From positions 2,912,001-2,976,000 of the forward strand of contig OY970218.1 in assembly GCA_963713975.1 (NCBI GenBank): DNA of 64,000 nt, in the 5' to 3' direction. Shown piece after piece: positions 1 through 8,365 of the stretch. This stretch comes from an uncultured Chloroflexia bacterium. GTDB taxonomy: Bacteria > Chloroflexota > Limnocylindria > Limnocylindrales > CSP1-4. The notes below the pieces were generated by a model that saw only the letters and a program-made list of their open reading frames with translations, made no database searches and had not been told where the DNA came from. Both the position numbers and the translations under genes were made by a program. Position 1 is the first letter of the stretch; every line of letters starts with the position of its first letter.

Positions 1-1
1 G

Positions 2-493
2 CTGGTCAACCAGGAGGTGGACACGTTCGCTCTGGGCCTTGCCGCAGATGGCACCGTGCTCGCCGTCGACGAGGGACCTGTCGCGACGATCGCCGAAGCC
101 GCGCTCGCGGATGCGGTGACGCCCGGGTACGAGCTCGTCGAGGGCTCGACGGTTGTGACCGTGGGGGAGGGGACCGTGACCGGCGATGTCGTCTCGTTCC
201 CGGTGTCCGGGACCGCGAAGCAGGTCCGCCCGGTCGACGGCGCCACGCTGCTCCCGATGGTGCTCGGGCTGTCGGAGGCCGATGCACGTGCGCTGTTGGA
301 GCCCTATGGCGACGTCGAGATCGTCCTGTGGCCGGACTGGAGCGGCTCGGTGCCCTCGTTCGAGCAGCGGGTGACCCTCGTGGTCGTCGACCCCCTTGCC
401 GCGGGGTCGTCGGCGTCTCCGCGCCGGTCCGCGGCCGGGTCGCCATCCGCCGGCCAGGACGGGATTCCGAGCGAGCGGCTACCATCCGGCTGA
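2..493 (+). CDS. C-terminal part of a protein truncated by the window edge; possibly the baseplate J/gp47-like protein found upstream of ruvX in Chloroflexota
   Basis: Frame open from window start to TGA at 491-493; C-terminal ARALLEPYGDVEIVLWPDWSGSVP and position before ruvX resemble this family (recalled, not searched). Confidence 0.45.
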   Translation: MVNQEVDTFALGLAADGTVLAVDEGPVATIAEAALADAVTPGYELVEGSTVVTVGEGTVTGDVVSFPVSGTAKQVRPVDGATLLPMVLGLSEADARALLEPYGDVEIVLWPDWSGSVPSFEQRVTLVVVDPLAAGSSASPRRSAAGSPSAGQDGIPSERLPSG

Positions 494-590
494 TGCAGCA
501 GCCCCTCACGACGGGCGCCCGCGGCCGGCTCGCACCGCGCGCCCGCCGGGCGCCCCGTGCCTCCTCCACCCGCTACGCGGGGACCTCCCC

Positions 591-1112
591 GTGGTGAGCC
601 GCGTCCTCGGAATCGATCTCGGGTCCCGCAGGATCGGCCTCGCCGTGGCCGACTCGGGGGTTGGGATCGCGCGTCCGCTGGCAACCGTGAACCGCGGCAC
701 GTCGCTGGACGCCGATGTCGAATCGATCGGGCGCGTCTGCCGGGAACAGGGCGTCGAGGAGCTGGTCGTGGGCCTCCCGGTCGTGGCCAATGGCACCGAG
801 GGCGAGATGGCCGTCGCCGCCCGCGAATGGGCCGGCGAGGTCGGCGAACGGCTCGGACTGGCCGTGACGCTGCGTGACGAGCGCCTGTCGTCGTTCGAGG
901 CGGAGCGCCGCCTGGGCCGCATGCCGCGGGGCCGATCCGGCGGACCCCCGTCGAGGACCCAGCGGAACGCGTTCCGGGCGCGAATCGATCGCGAGGCCGC
1001 GAGCGTCATCCTCCAGGACGAGCTGGACGCGAGGCGGACCAAGGCGATGGCCGCCGCGCCGGCTCCCTCGCTCGGCGCAACCGGGGATGGCGTCCCCATG
1101 GAGCCGACGTGA
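591..1112 (+). CDS. ruvX: Holliday junction resolvase-like / pre-16S rRNA nuclease YqgF
   Basis: RVLGIDLGSRRIGLAVAD, LVVGLP, DERLSS, IDREAASVILQ motifs; precedes mltG. Confidence 0.93.
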   Translation: MVSRVLGIDLGSRRIGLAVADSGVGIARPLATVNRGTSLDADVESIGRVCREQGVEELVVGLPVVANGTEGEMAVAAREWAGEVGERLGLAVTLRDERLSSFEAERRLGRMPRGRSGGPPSRTQRNAFRARIDREAASVILQDELDARRTKAMAAAPAPSLGATGDGVPMEPT

Positions 1113-2494
1113 GCGTCAGGAGCGGGCAGGGACCGCGCGACACCACGACCGTGCCGGAGCCCGACGGCGGCGGCCGGCGGCCCAATGGCTACAAGCGGAC
1201 GGGCCGGTACGGCCGCGGACCCGGTGACCAGCGTCGCTACGACCGCTACGGGAACCGTGGCGGTGGCGTGCCTGGCTTCCTGCGCTTCGCATTGTTCCTG
1301 CTCGTACTCGCGGCCCTGGTGCTGGTCGCGCTGTTCACCATCGCCCGGCCGATCGCGCGGCTCGTGGTCGTTCCGATCGCCGAGTCCAACCCCGGCGCCC
1401 TCCGGTTCGAGTTCGTCGCCGATCTCGTGCGCGAGGACCTCGGCACGGCCCTGACCAGCCCTGCGGGGGCGGATGGAGCCGAGATCGTGGTCGTCGTGGC
1501 AGATGGCGACACGCCCGCGATCCTCGCGCCGAAGCTGGCGGAGGCGGGCGTGATCGACAGCGAGCGAGCCTTCCTGTTCGAGGCACGCATGAACGACCTC
1601 GCAACCCAGCTGACCGCCGGTCGCTTTGCGCTGGCCGGCAACCTGACGCCGGCGGAGGTCGTCGCAGGCCTGGTGGACAACCGGATCGTCGCGCAATCCG
1701 AGAGCGTTACGTTCCGTGAAGGGCTACGGATCGAGCAGATGGCGGCCAAGCTCGAGACGGTCCAGGGCACCGGGGTCGACGCCCAGGAGTTCTATGACCT
1801 GGCCATGAACCCCACGGACGCGCTTCTCGGAGACTATCCGTGGCTCCTGGACAAGGCCATCCGCGCGAAGGGCAGCTCGCTGGAGGGCTTCCTGTACCCG
1901 GCGACCTACACCCTGCGGGTTGACGGCGAGTCGCCCACGACCGCCGAGGCACTCATCCGGATGATGCTCGACGCGTTCCACGACCGGGTTGGCGAGGAGC
2001 GCCTCGCCGTCGCCAAGGAGCGTGGCCTCACCTTCCAGCAGATCCTGACGCTGGCATCGATCGTCGAGCGCGAGGCGGTACTGGACGAGGAGCGACCGCT
2101 GATCGCCGGCGTCTACGAGAACCGGCTCAACCCGAAGAAGTGGCCGACCGGACTCCTCCAGTCCGACCCCACGATCTTCTACGTCAACGACACGCTCCAG
2201 CTGGACAAGCTCAAGTTGTCCGACTGGACGAAGTACGTGTTCTGGGATTCGCTCAAGGAGAAGCTGCCGGCCTCCCTGCCGGACAGCCTCGCCGGGTACA
2301 ACACCTATACCAGCAGCGGGCTGCCGCCCGGCCCGATCAGCTCGCCGGCCCTTCCGTCGATCGACGCCGCGCTCAACCCCGATACCAAGACCGGTTACCT
2401 GTTCTTCATCGCCAAGGGCGATGGCACGGGTTCCTCCGCCTTCTCCAAGACGAAGGCGCAGCACGATAAGAACGTCGCGAAGTACGGCAAGTAG
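1109..2494 (+). CDS. mltG: endolytic transglycosylase MltG
   Basis: N-terminal TM; LEGFLYPATY, LASIVEREA, LQSDPT, YNTY..GLPPGPI motifs. Confidence 0.95.
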   Translation: MSVRSGQGPRDTTTVPEPDGGGRRPNGYKRTGRYGRGPGDQRRYDRYGNRGGGVPGFLRFALFLLVLAALVLVALFTIARPIARLVVVPIAESNPGALRFEFVADLVREDLGTALTSPAGADGAEIVVVVADGDTPAILAPKLAEAGVIDSERAFLFEARMNDLATQLTAGRFALAGNLTPAEVVAGLVDNRIVAQSESVTFREGLRIEQMAAKLETVQGTGVDAQEFYDLAMNPTDALLGDYPWLLDKAIRAKGSSLEGFLYPATYTLRVDGESPTTAEALIRMMLDAFHDRVGEERLAVAKERGLTFQQILTLASIVEREAVLDEERPLIAGVYENRLNPKKWPTGLLQSDPTIFYVNDTLQLDKLKLSDWTKYVFWDSLKEKLPASLPDSLAGYNTYTSSGLPPGPISSPALPSIDAALNPDTKTGYLFFIAKGDGTGSSAFSKTKAQHDKNVAKYGK

Positions 2495-2501
2495 CCCAGC
2501 G

Positions 2502-3713
2502 GTGATCCTCCCGGACCCGACCGACTTCGCATCGCCGCCCGGTGCAGCCACGCGGGCGCGCTGGCAGGAGGCCGAGCGCTCCCACCAGCCGCAGCGCCTG
2601 GAGCGGCTTCGCTCGCGCATGGCGGCCGAGGGGGTCGATGCCTACTTCGGCGTCAAGCCCGAGCACATGCGCTGGTTGACCGGGTTCACTCTCGCCGCCG
2701 GTGAGGAGAAGGTCGCCGGACACTCCGGCCAGATCCTCGTGGGCCCGGAGGACGTGGTGCTGGTCACCGACTCCCGCTACACGATCCAGGCGCGGCGCGA
2801 GGCCCCCCAGGTCATCGTCGATGAGATCGGGTACGACCTCGCGGCGGCCTGGCCGCGACTGTGCGAGCGGTCCGGCGTCAACCGGGTCGCCGTCGAGGCG
2901 ACCGCGGTGTCCCATGCGCTGTGGCAACGCCTCGAAGCTGCCGCCCCCGGGGTGGAGCTGGTGCCGGCCGACGGCTGGATCGAGGCGATGCGCGCGGTCA
3001 AGACGTCTGACGAGATCGAGCGGATCTCCGCGGCCTGCGCCGTAGCGGACCGGGCCCTGGCGGCGCTCCTGTCCGAGATACGGCCGGGTGTGACCGAGCA
3101 CGACCTCGCCCTCCGTCTCGAGTGGCTGATGCGGACGGGTGGCGCCGAGGCGCTCGCGTTCGACGTCGCCTGTCTCGCGGGACCCGAGGCCGCGCTCCCG
3201 CACGGGGCGCCCGGCGATCGCCCGGTGCTCGCCGGCGAGGTGCTCCTCTTCGACTTCGGGGCCCAGGTCGAGGGCTACCGCAGCGACATGACCCGGACCC
3301 TGTTCATCGGGGAGCCCGCGGAACGGGACCTCGCCGTCTACGATCTCGTCGCGCAGTCCCAACAGGCGGCGATCGATGCGCTCCAGAGCGGCCTCATGGC
3401 CGGCACGGTCCCGAACGGGCGGGGCATGGATGCGATCTCCCGGGGCGTGATCGACGCCGTGGGCACCTGGCAGGCCTACGGCCACGGACTGGGCCACGGC
3501 ATCGGGCTGGCCACTCACGAGGAGCCGCGCCTGTCCCGGAACGCCCTTGACACGCCGCTCCCCAGCCCGACGGTCTTCTCCGTTGAACCCGGCATCTACC
3601 TCGATGGCGAGACCGGCGTCCGGATCGAGGACCTGGTCCATCTCGATGTGGAGCGCGGCCTCGTCGAGCTGCTGACCCACTTCCCGCGCGACGTCATCGT
3701 CCTCGACACCTGA
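2502..3713 (+). CDS. Xaa-Pro aminopeptidase (M24 family)
   Basis: DSRY, LFDFGA..GYRSDMTRT, HGLGHGIGL..HEEP, EPGIY, GVRIED motifs. Confidence 0.93.
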   Translation: MILPDPTDFASPPGAATRARWQEAERSHQPQRLERLRSRMAAEGVDAYFGVKPEHMRWLTGFTLAAGEEKVAGHSGQILVGPEDVVLVTDSRYTIQARREAPQVIVDEIGYDLAAAWPRLCERSGVNRVAVEATAVSHALWQRLEAAAPGVELVPADGWIEAMRAVKTSDEIERISAACAVADRALAALLSEIRPGVTEHDLALRLEWLMRTGGAEALAFDVACLAGPEAALPHGAPGDRPVLAGEVLLFDFGAQVEGYRSDMTRTLFIGEPAERDLAVYDLVAQSQQAAIDALQSGLMAGTVPNGRGMDAISRGVIDAVGTWQAYGHGLGHGIGLATHEEPRLSRNALDTPLPSPTVFSVEPGIYLDGETGVRIEDLVHLDVERGLVELLTHFPRDVIVLDT

Positions 3714-3932
3714 GGGCGACCTGAACGAGCAGATGGGCGACGGCACGACGATCGTCACGTTCGGAGACGGGACCAGGCAGGAGGCCGAGTGGAACAACCG
3801 GACCTCGGGACCGGGACCCCGGCCTGACGGCCTGACCGGCGCCTCTGGTAGCATCCCCGGGCACACCAAATCGTCCGCGCGCGGAGCCTGCACGCCTTCC
3901 GACCGCGCCACGCGCCACCGGAGCACCGCCAC

Positions 3933-4490
3933 ATGATCAGCACCGGCGAGCTGCGCAAGGGCGTCGTCATCGAGCTTGACGGCGACCTCTGGCAGATCCT
4001 CGACTACCACCACATCAAGATGGGCCGAGGTTCGGCACAGGTCCGGATCAAGCTGCGAAACGTCAAGAAGGGCAGCACCGTCGAGAAGTCGTTCCAGGCC
4101 GGCGAGCGCTGGCCGCGCGCCCAGATCGACAGCCGCCCGGTGCAGTTCCTGTACCGCGACGGGGACGACCTCCACTTCATGGAGAACGAGTCCTACGAGC
4201 AGTTCAGCCTGCGGGCCGACACGCTGGACGACGTCGTGGGCTTCCTCAAGGAGGGGATGACCCTCGACCGGACGAGCTACCAGGGCGACACGCTGGGCGT
4301 CGAGCTGCCGGTGACCGTGGACCTCCTGGTCGTCGAGGCGGAGCCCGGCTTCGCGGGTGACACTGCCCAGGGTGCCCGCAAGAACGCGACGCTCGAGACG
4401 GGGCTCGTCGTGGTGGTGCCGTTGTTCGTGAACGAGGGTGACACCCTCCGGATCGACACCCGCACCGGCGAGTACCAGACCCGCCTCTAG
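3933..4490 (+). CDS. efp: elongation factor P
   Basis: HHIKMGRGSAQVR, QFLYRDG, ATLETG..VPLFVNEGD.LRIDTRTGEY. Confidence 0.97.
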   Translation: MISTGELRKGVVIELDGDLWQILDYHHIKMGRGSAQVRIKLRNVKKGSTVEKSFQAGERWPRAQIDSRPVQFLYRDGDDLHFMENESYEQFSLRADTLDDVVGFLKEGMTLDRTSYQGDTLGVELPVTVDLLVVEAEPGFAGDTAQGARKNATLETGLVVVVPLFVNEGDTLRIDTRTGEYQTRL

Positions 4491-4564
4491 GGACCACGTC
4501 GAGCGTCACGCCCGGAGCCTGCGGCACGTCGCAGGGCCGTCCATCGCCGTCCGACGAGGACCGG

Positions 4565-6169
4565 ATGCATCTGGTCGCGATCGCCCGCATCGTCTCGACG
4601 CTGCTCTCGCTCGCACTGCTGGCGGCGACGGCACCAGTGGCAGTCGCCGATCACCACCCAGCCGTGGCCGCGCCATCCGACTTCAACGGGGACGGCTATG
4701 CGGACCTCGCGGTGGGCATCCCCGGCGAGGCGATCGGCCGCCGGCCAAGGACCTCGGGGCGGGTGGTGGTGCTCTTCGGTTCGCCGCGCGGTCTCACCAC
4801 GCGTGGCACCCAGTCCGTGAACCCGGGGGCGGCCGGGATGCCGGTCCCCCCGGGCGGTCCCGCCGAGGGATTCGGTGAGGAGCTGGCGTCGGCGGACTTC
4901 GACGCCGATGGCTACGCGGACCTGGCCGTGACCGGCACGCTGAGCGGTGGGGCATGGCCGGGCCGGCGGGGGATCTGGGTCCTCTACGGATCCGACGACG
5001 GGGTCTCGACCGGGCGGGCCGAGCTGCGGCTCGGGTCTGAGTCCTCCATCGATCCGGTCTCGCTCGGAGTCACGCTTGCAGCGGGGGACGTCGATGGTGA
5101 CGGCGACCCGGATCTCGTCGCGGGCGCGATCCCGTGGCCATACCCCGACGGCAACGGCAGGACCGTCTCGCTGGTGGTCCTACCGGGCGGCGAGGGCGGC
5201 CTCGGCACCGCCCGAGTCGCCTGGACGGAGCGCAACTACTACGGCGCCTTCATGGCCATGGCGATCGGCGATGTGGACGGCGACGGGGCCTCGGACATTG
5301 CGGTCGGTCTCGACGGAGACGATCTTGGCGGCACGGTCACCATCGTATACGGACGCGCGGATCCGGGGCCGGCCGCGCGGGTGGAGGCGTGGTCGCAGGA
5401 CACGCCCGGGGTTCGAGGCTCCGCGACCGGCGAACGCGAGGACGACGAGTGGGGCACTGCGCTCGCGATGGGCGACTTCGATGCGGACGGGCACGCGGAC
5501 CTCGCCGTGGGCGCACCCGCCGAGGACCTCGCTCACCGCGGCTGTGGCGACGACAGCTGGGGCGACGCAATGGCTGCGTACGGTGAGTGCGACCAGGGCA
5601 TCGTGCAGGTGTTGCGGGGCTCCGCTGCCGGGATCACGGTCGTCGGCAACCGGGTCTTCAGCCAGGCATCGGCCGGCGTCCCGGGCCGCGCGTCCGCCGG
5701 ACACCGGTTCGGATCCGTGCTCGCGGTGGGGGACCTCGACGGTGATGGCCGTGACGACCTGGCGATCGGCAGTCCCGACGAGACCGTCGCGGTACACAAC
5801 CAGCCCGCAGGGTCCTACGCCCACGGCGTGGTAACGGTCCTGTACGGCGGCGCCCACGGACTGCGCGTCCGCGATGCGCAGCGCCTGACGCAGGAGGTGC
5901 CTGGCGTCCCGGGTCCGGCAGCAACGGGCGACCGGTTCGGGGCGGCAATCGCCGCCCTCGACACGTCTGGGGATGGCCGCTCCGACCTGGTCGTCGGGAT
6001 CCCGGGCGACCGTGTCAAGGGCGCCTGGAGGGCCGGAATGGTCGTCGTCCTGCCCGGAACCCCGGCGGGCATCACGACGGCGGGCGCGGCCGCCTGGTCG
6101 CAGTCGTCGCCGGGCGTCCCAGGTGCCTCCGAGCGCCAGGACGGTTTCGGATCGGCCTTCGCCAGGTAG
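4565..6169 (+). CDS. secreted FG-GAP (integrin-alpha-like) repeat protein
   Basis: Signal peptide; about 7 GDxDGDGxxDLAVG repeats. Confidence 0.88.
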   Translation: MHLVAIARIVSTLLSLALLAATAPVAVADHHPAVAAPSDFNGDGYADLAVGIPGEAIGRRPRTSGRVVVLFGSPRGLTTRGTQSVNPGAAGMPVPPGGPAEGFGEELASADFDADGYADLAVTGTLSGGAWPGRRGIWVLYGSDDGVSTGRAELRLGSESSIDPVSLGVTLAAGDVDGDGDPDLVAGAIPWPYPDGNGRTVSLVVLPGGEGGLGTARVAWTERNYYGAFMAMAIGDVDGDGASDIAVGLDGDDLGGTVTIVYGRADPGPAARVEAWSQDTPGVRGSATGEREDDEWGTALAMGDFDADGHADLAVGAPAEDLAHRGCGDDSWGDAMAAYGECDQGIVQVLRGSAAGITVVGNRVFSQASAGVPGRASAGHRFGSVLAVGDLDGDGRDDLAIGSPDETVAVHNQPAGSYAHGVVTVLYGGAHGLRVRDAQRLTQEVPGVPGPAATGDRFGAAIAALDTSGDGRSDLVVGIPGDRVKGAWRAGMVVVLPGTPAGITTAGAAAWSQSSPGVPGASERQDGFGSAFAR

Positions 6170-6222
6170 GACACGGCCGGACCCGGGTCGCGGCGGCGTG
6201 CCACCCATCGTACCGTTGGCGC

Positions 6223-7713
6223 ATGAGCCGCACCCCGGAACCTCCCGACTGGCTGCTTCCGTCGTGGGACAGCCTGCCCGACGATCCTGACGGGGTCGCG
6301 CCGCGGCGCCCGGCGGTGCCCGGTGGCACGTTCGGCCTGCGCGTCAGGTCGGTGTCGGAGGTCAGCCGGGCGATCAGGGACCGCGTCCGCTCGGACGAGG
6401 GGCTGCGCGACCTGTGGGTCGAGGGCGAGGTCGGCCGGGTCACCGTCTCGTCCGCGGGTCACGCCTACTTCACGCTCAAGGATGCCCGCGCCCAGCTCCA
6501 GTGCGTGTGGTTCCGCGACGATCGGGCTCGCTCTCCGTTCCAGCCGCAGACCGGGCTGCAGGTTGTGGCCCATGGGCGGATGGACCTGTTCGAGCCCCAG
6601 GGGGCCCTGCAGCTCTACGTGGAATCGCTCCAGCCGTCCGGCGTTGGCAACCTCGCCCTCCGCTTCGAGCAGACCAAGGCCCGCCTGGCCGAGGAAGGGC
6701 TGTTCGACGCTGCCCGCAAGCGCAAGCTGCCGGACCGGCCCCGGACCATCGCGGTCATCACCTCCCCGACGGGCGCCGTCTGGCGCGACGTGTGCAACGT
6801 GCTGGCCCGACGCTGGCCGTCCGCCCGGGTGTTGCTCGTGGCGTGCAAGGTCCAGGGAGACGGGTCCCCGGCCAGCATCGTGGCCGCCTTCCGACGCCTG
6901 GAGCGCTGGACGGCCGCCGAGCGGGAGGCCGGCCGCGGTGGCGATGCCCCCGAGGTCACCATCCTCGCCCGCGGCGGCGGGTCCATGGAGGATCTCTGGG
7001 CGTTCAATGACGAGGATGTCGTGCGGGCGGTGGTCGCGCACCCGGTCCCTGTCGTCACGGGTGTGGGCCACGAGGTGGACGTGACGCTGGTGGACTTCGC
7101 CGCGGACGTGCGGGCCCCTACGCCATCGGCGGCCGCGGAGCTCGTGGTGCCGGACCGCCTCGAGGTCATGGGGGCGGTGCGCCAGCTCGGCGGGAGGGCG
7201 GACCGCGCCACAGTGCGGGGCCTCGCGGTGGCGCGTCGCGACACGGACGCGGAGCGCCGGGCGCTGGCGCGTCTCGAGCCCGGCGCCCAGCTCGCCGCCT
7301 CCCGAGAGCGGTCGGGGCTCCTGCTCGACCGGGCGGCGCGGGCGGTGGTCGCTCGGCTGGACGGCGCCGCGCGGGCAGCCGAGGGTACGGCGGGACGGCT
7401 GGCCCCGGTCCTGCCACGAAGGCTCGCGGCGGACGGCGCCCGGCTCGAGGCCCTGGGCGCGCGCTACCCTCGGGCGGTCGATGCCCGCGTCCGTGGCGCG
7501 TCCGCCGGACTTGCCGCCGCCGCTGCATCCCTGGCCGTGCTGGGCCCCCAGGCGACCCTCTCGCGGGGCTACGCGATCGTGCGGCGGGCGGCCGACGGCG
7601 CGATCCTGCGGGATCCCGTCGCAGCGCCTGCCGGCACGAGCCTGCGGCTCACGCTCGCCGAGGGCACGCTGGCGGCGACGAGCGACGGGTCAGCCGGAGA
7701 CCTCGGCGCGTGA
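6223..7713 (+). CDS. xseA: exodeoxyribonuclease VII large subunit
   Basis: WVEGEV, GHAYFTLKD, ARGGGSMEDLWAFN, GVGHEVD, RAPTPSAAAE. Confidence 0.96.
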   Translation: MSRTPEPPDWLLPSWDSLPDDPDGVAPRRPAVPGGTFGLRVRSVSEVSRAIRDRVRSDEGLRDLWVEGEVGRVTVSSAGHAYFTLKDARAQLQCVWFRDDRARSPFQPQTGLQVVAHGRMDLFEPQGALQLYVESLQPSGVGNLALRFEQTKARLAEEGLFDAARKRKLPDRPRTIAVITSPTGAVWRDVCNVLARRWPSARVLLVACKVQGDGSPASIVAAFRRLERWTAAEREAGRGGDAPEVTILARGGGSMEDLWAFNDEDVVRAVVAHPVPVVTGVGHEVDVTLVDFAADVRAPTPSAAAELVVPDRLEVMGAVRQLGGRADRATVRGLAVARRDTDAERRALARLEPGAQLAASRERSGLLLDRAARAVVARLDGAARAAEGTAGRLAPVLPRRLAADGARLEALGARYPRAVDARVRGASAGLAAAAASLAVLGPQATLSRGYAIVRRAADGAILRDPVAAPAGTSLRLTLAEGTLAATSDGSAGDLGA

Positions 7714-7889
7714 CCGACCTCATCATCTTCGTCGGGATCGTGGGTCTCGTGGTGTTCGTGGGGATCCTCGTGGGTATCATCGTGGCCGGCCGCATCGACC
7801 GGATCATGTCGCCGCCATCCCGGCCGCCGGAGCCCGGCGCGCCGTCGTCGGGGCCGCCCGACCCAGCCAGCACCCAGGAGCAGCCGTGA
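7710..7889 (+). CDS. small single-TM protein (59 aa), not in the ORF track
   Basis: GTG overlaps xseA stop and TGA overlaps xseB start; MTDLIIFVGIVGLVVFVGILVGIIVAGRIDR. Confidence 0.65.
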   Translation: MTDLIIFVGIVGLVVFVGILVGIIVAGRIDRIMSPPSRPPEPGAPSSGPPDPASTQEQP

Positions 7890-8167
7890 CTGAGGCCACC
7901 GGACCGGAGGCGACCGTCGAGGTCGAAGCGCTCGCCTATGACGATGCGTTCGCCGAGCTCCAGCGCGTAGTTGCGGCGCTCGAGGCGGGTGGGCAGTCCC
8001 TGGAGGCGACGATCGGCCTGTACGAGCGGGCCGTCGCCCTGCAGCGGCGGTGCGAGCGCCTCCTGGCGGAGGCCGAGCTCAGGGTCCAGCAGCTGATGGC
8101 AAAGCCCGGTGGGGCGGCGGTCGCGGTCGATGTCCGGCCGGAGGACGCGGAGGAGGAGCCGGCATGA
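7886..8167 (+). CDS. xseB: exodeoxyribonuclease VII small subunit
   Basis: YDDAFAELQRVVAALEAG..SLEATIGLYERAVAL..CERLL.EAELRV. Confidence 0.92.
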   Translation: MTEATGPEATVEVEALAYDDAFAELQRVVAALEAGGQSLEATIGLYERAVALQRRCERLLAEAELRVQQLMAKPGGAAVAVDVRPEDAEEEPA

Positions 8168-8365
8168 CGTCCAGCCGCCATGGAGCAGTGATCCTGCTAC
8201 TATCCGATATCACATTATCCGGCCGGCGAGTGGTCGGAGCGGGCCACCACCGTCGCACCCGAGACAACCGGGGCCCTGCCGGCGACCATCGGGCCAAGGC
8301 ATCACCCGATGGCACGCCCAGCCGTCACAGCCGGCACGCCACGCCGACCACCAGGAGCTGAGCTC

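Noticed and set aside
4565-6169. Repeated GACGGCGAC-type DNA motifs as an array
   Set aside because: Explained by FG-GAP protein repeats
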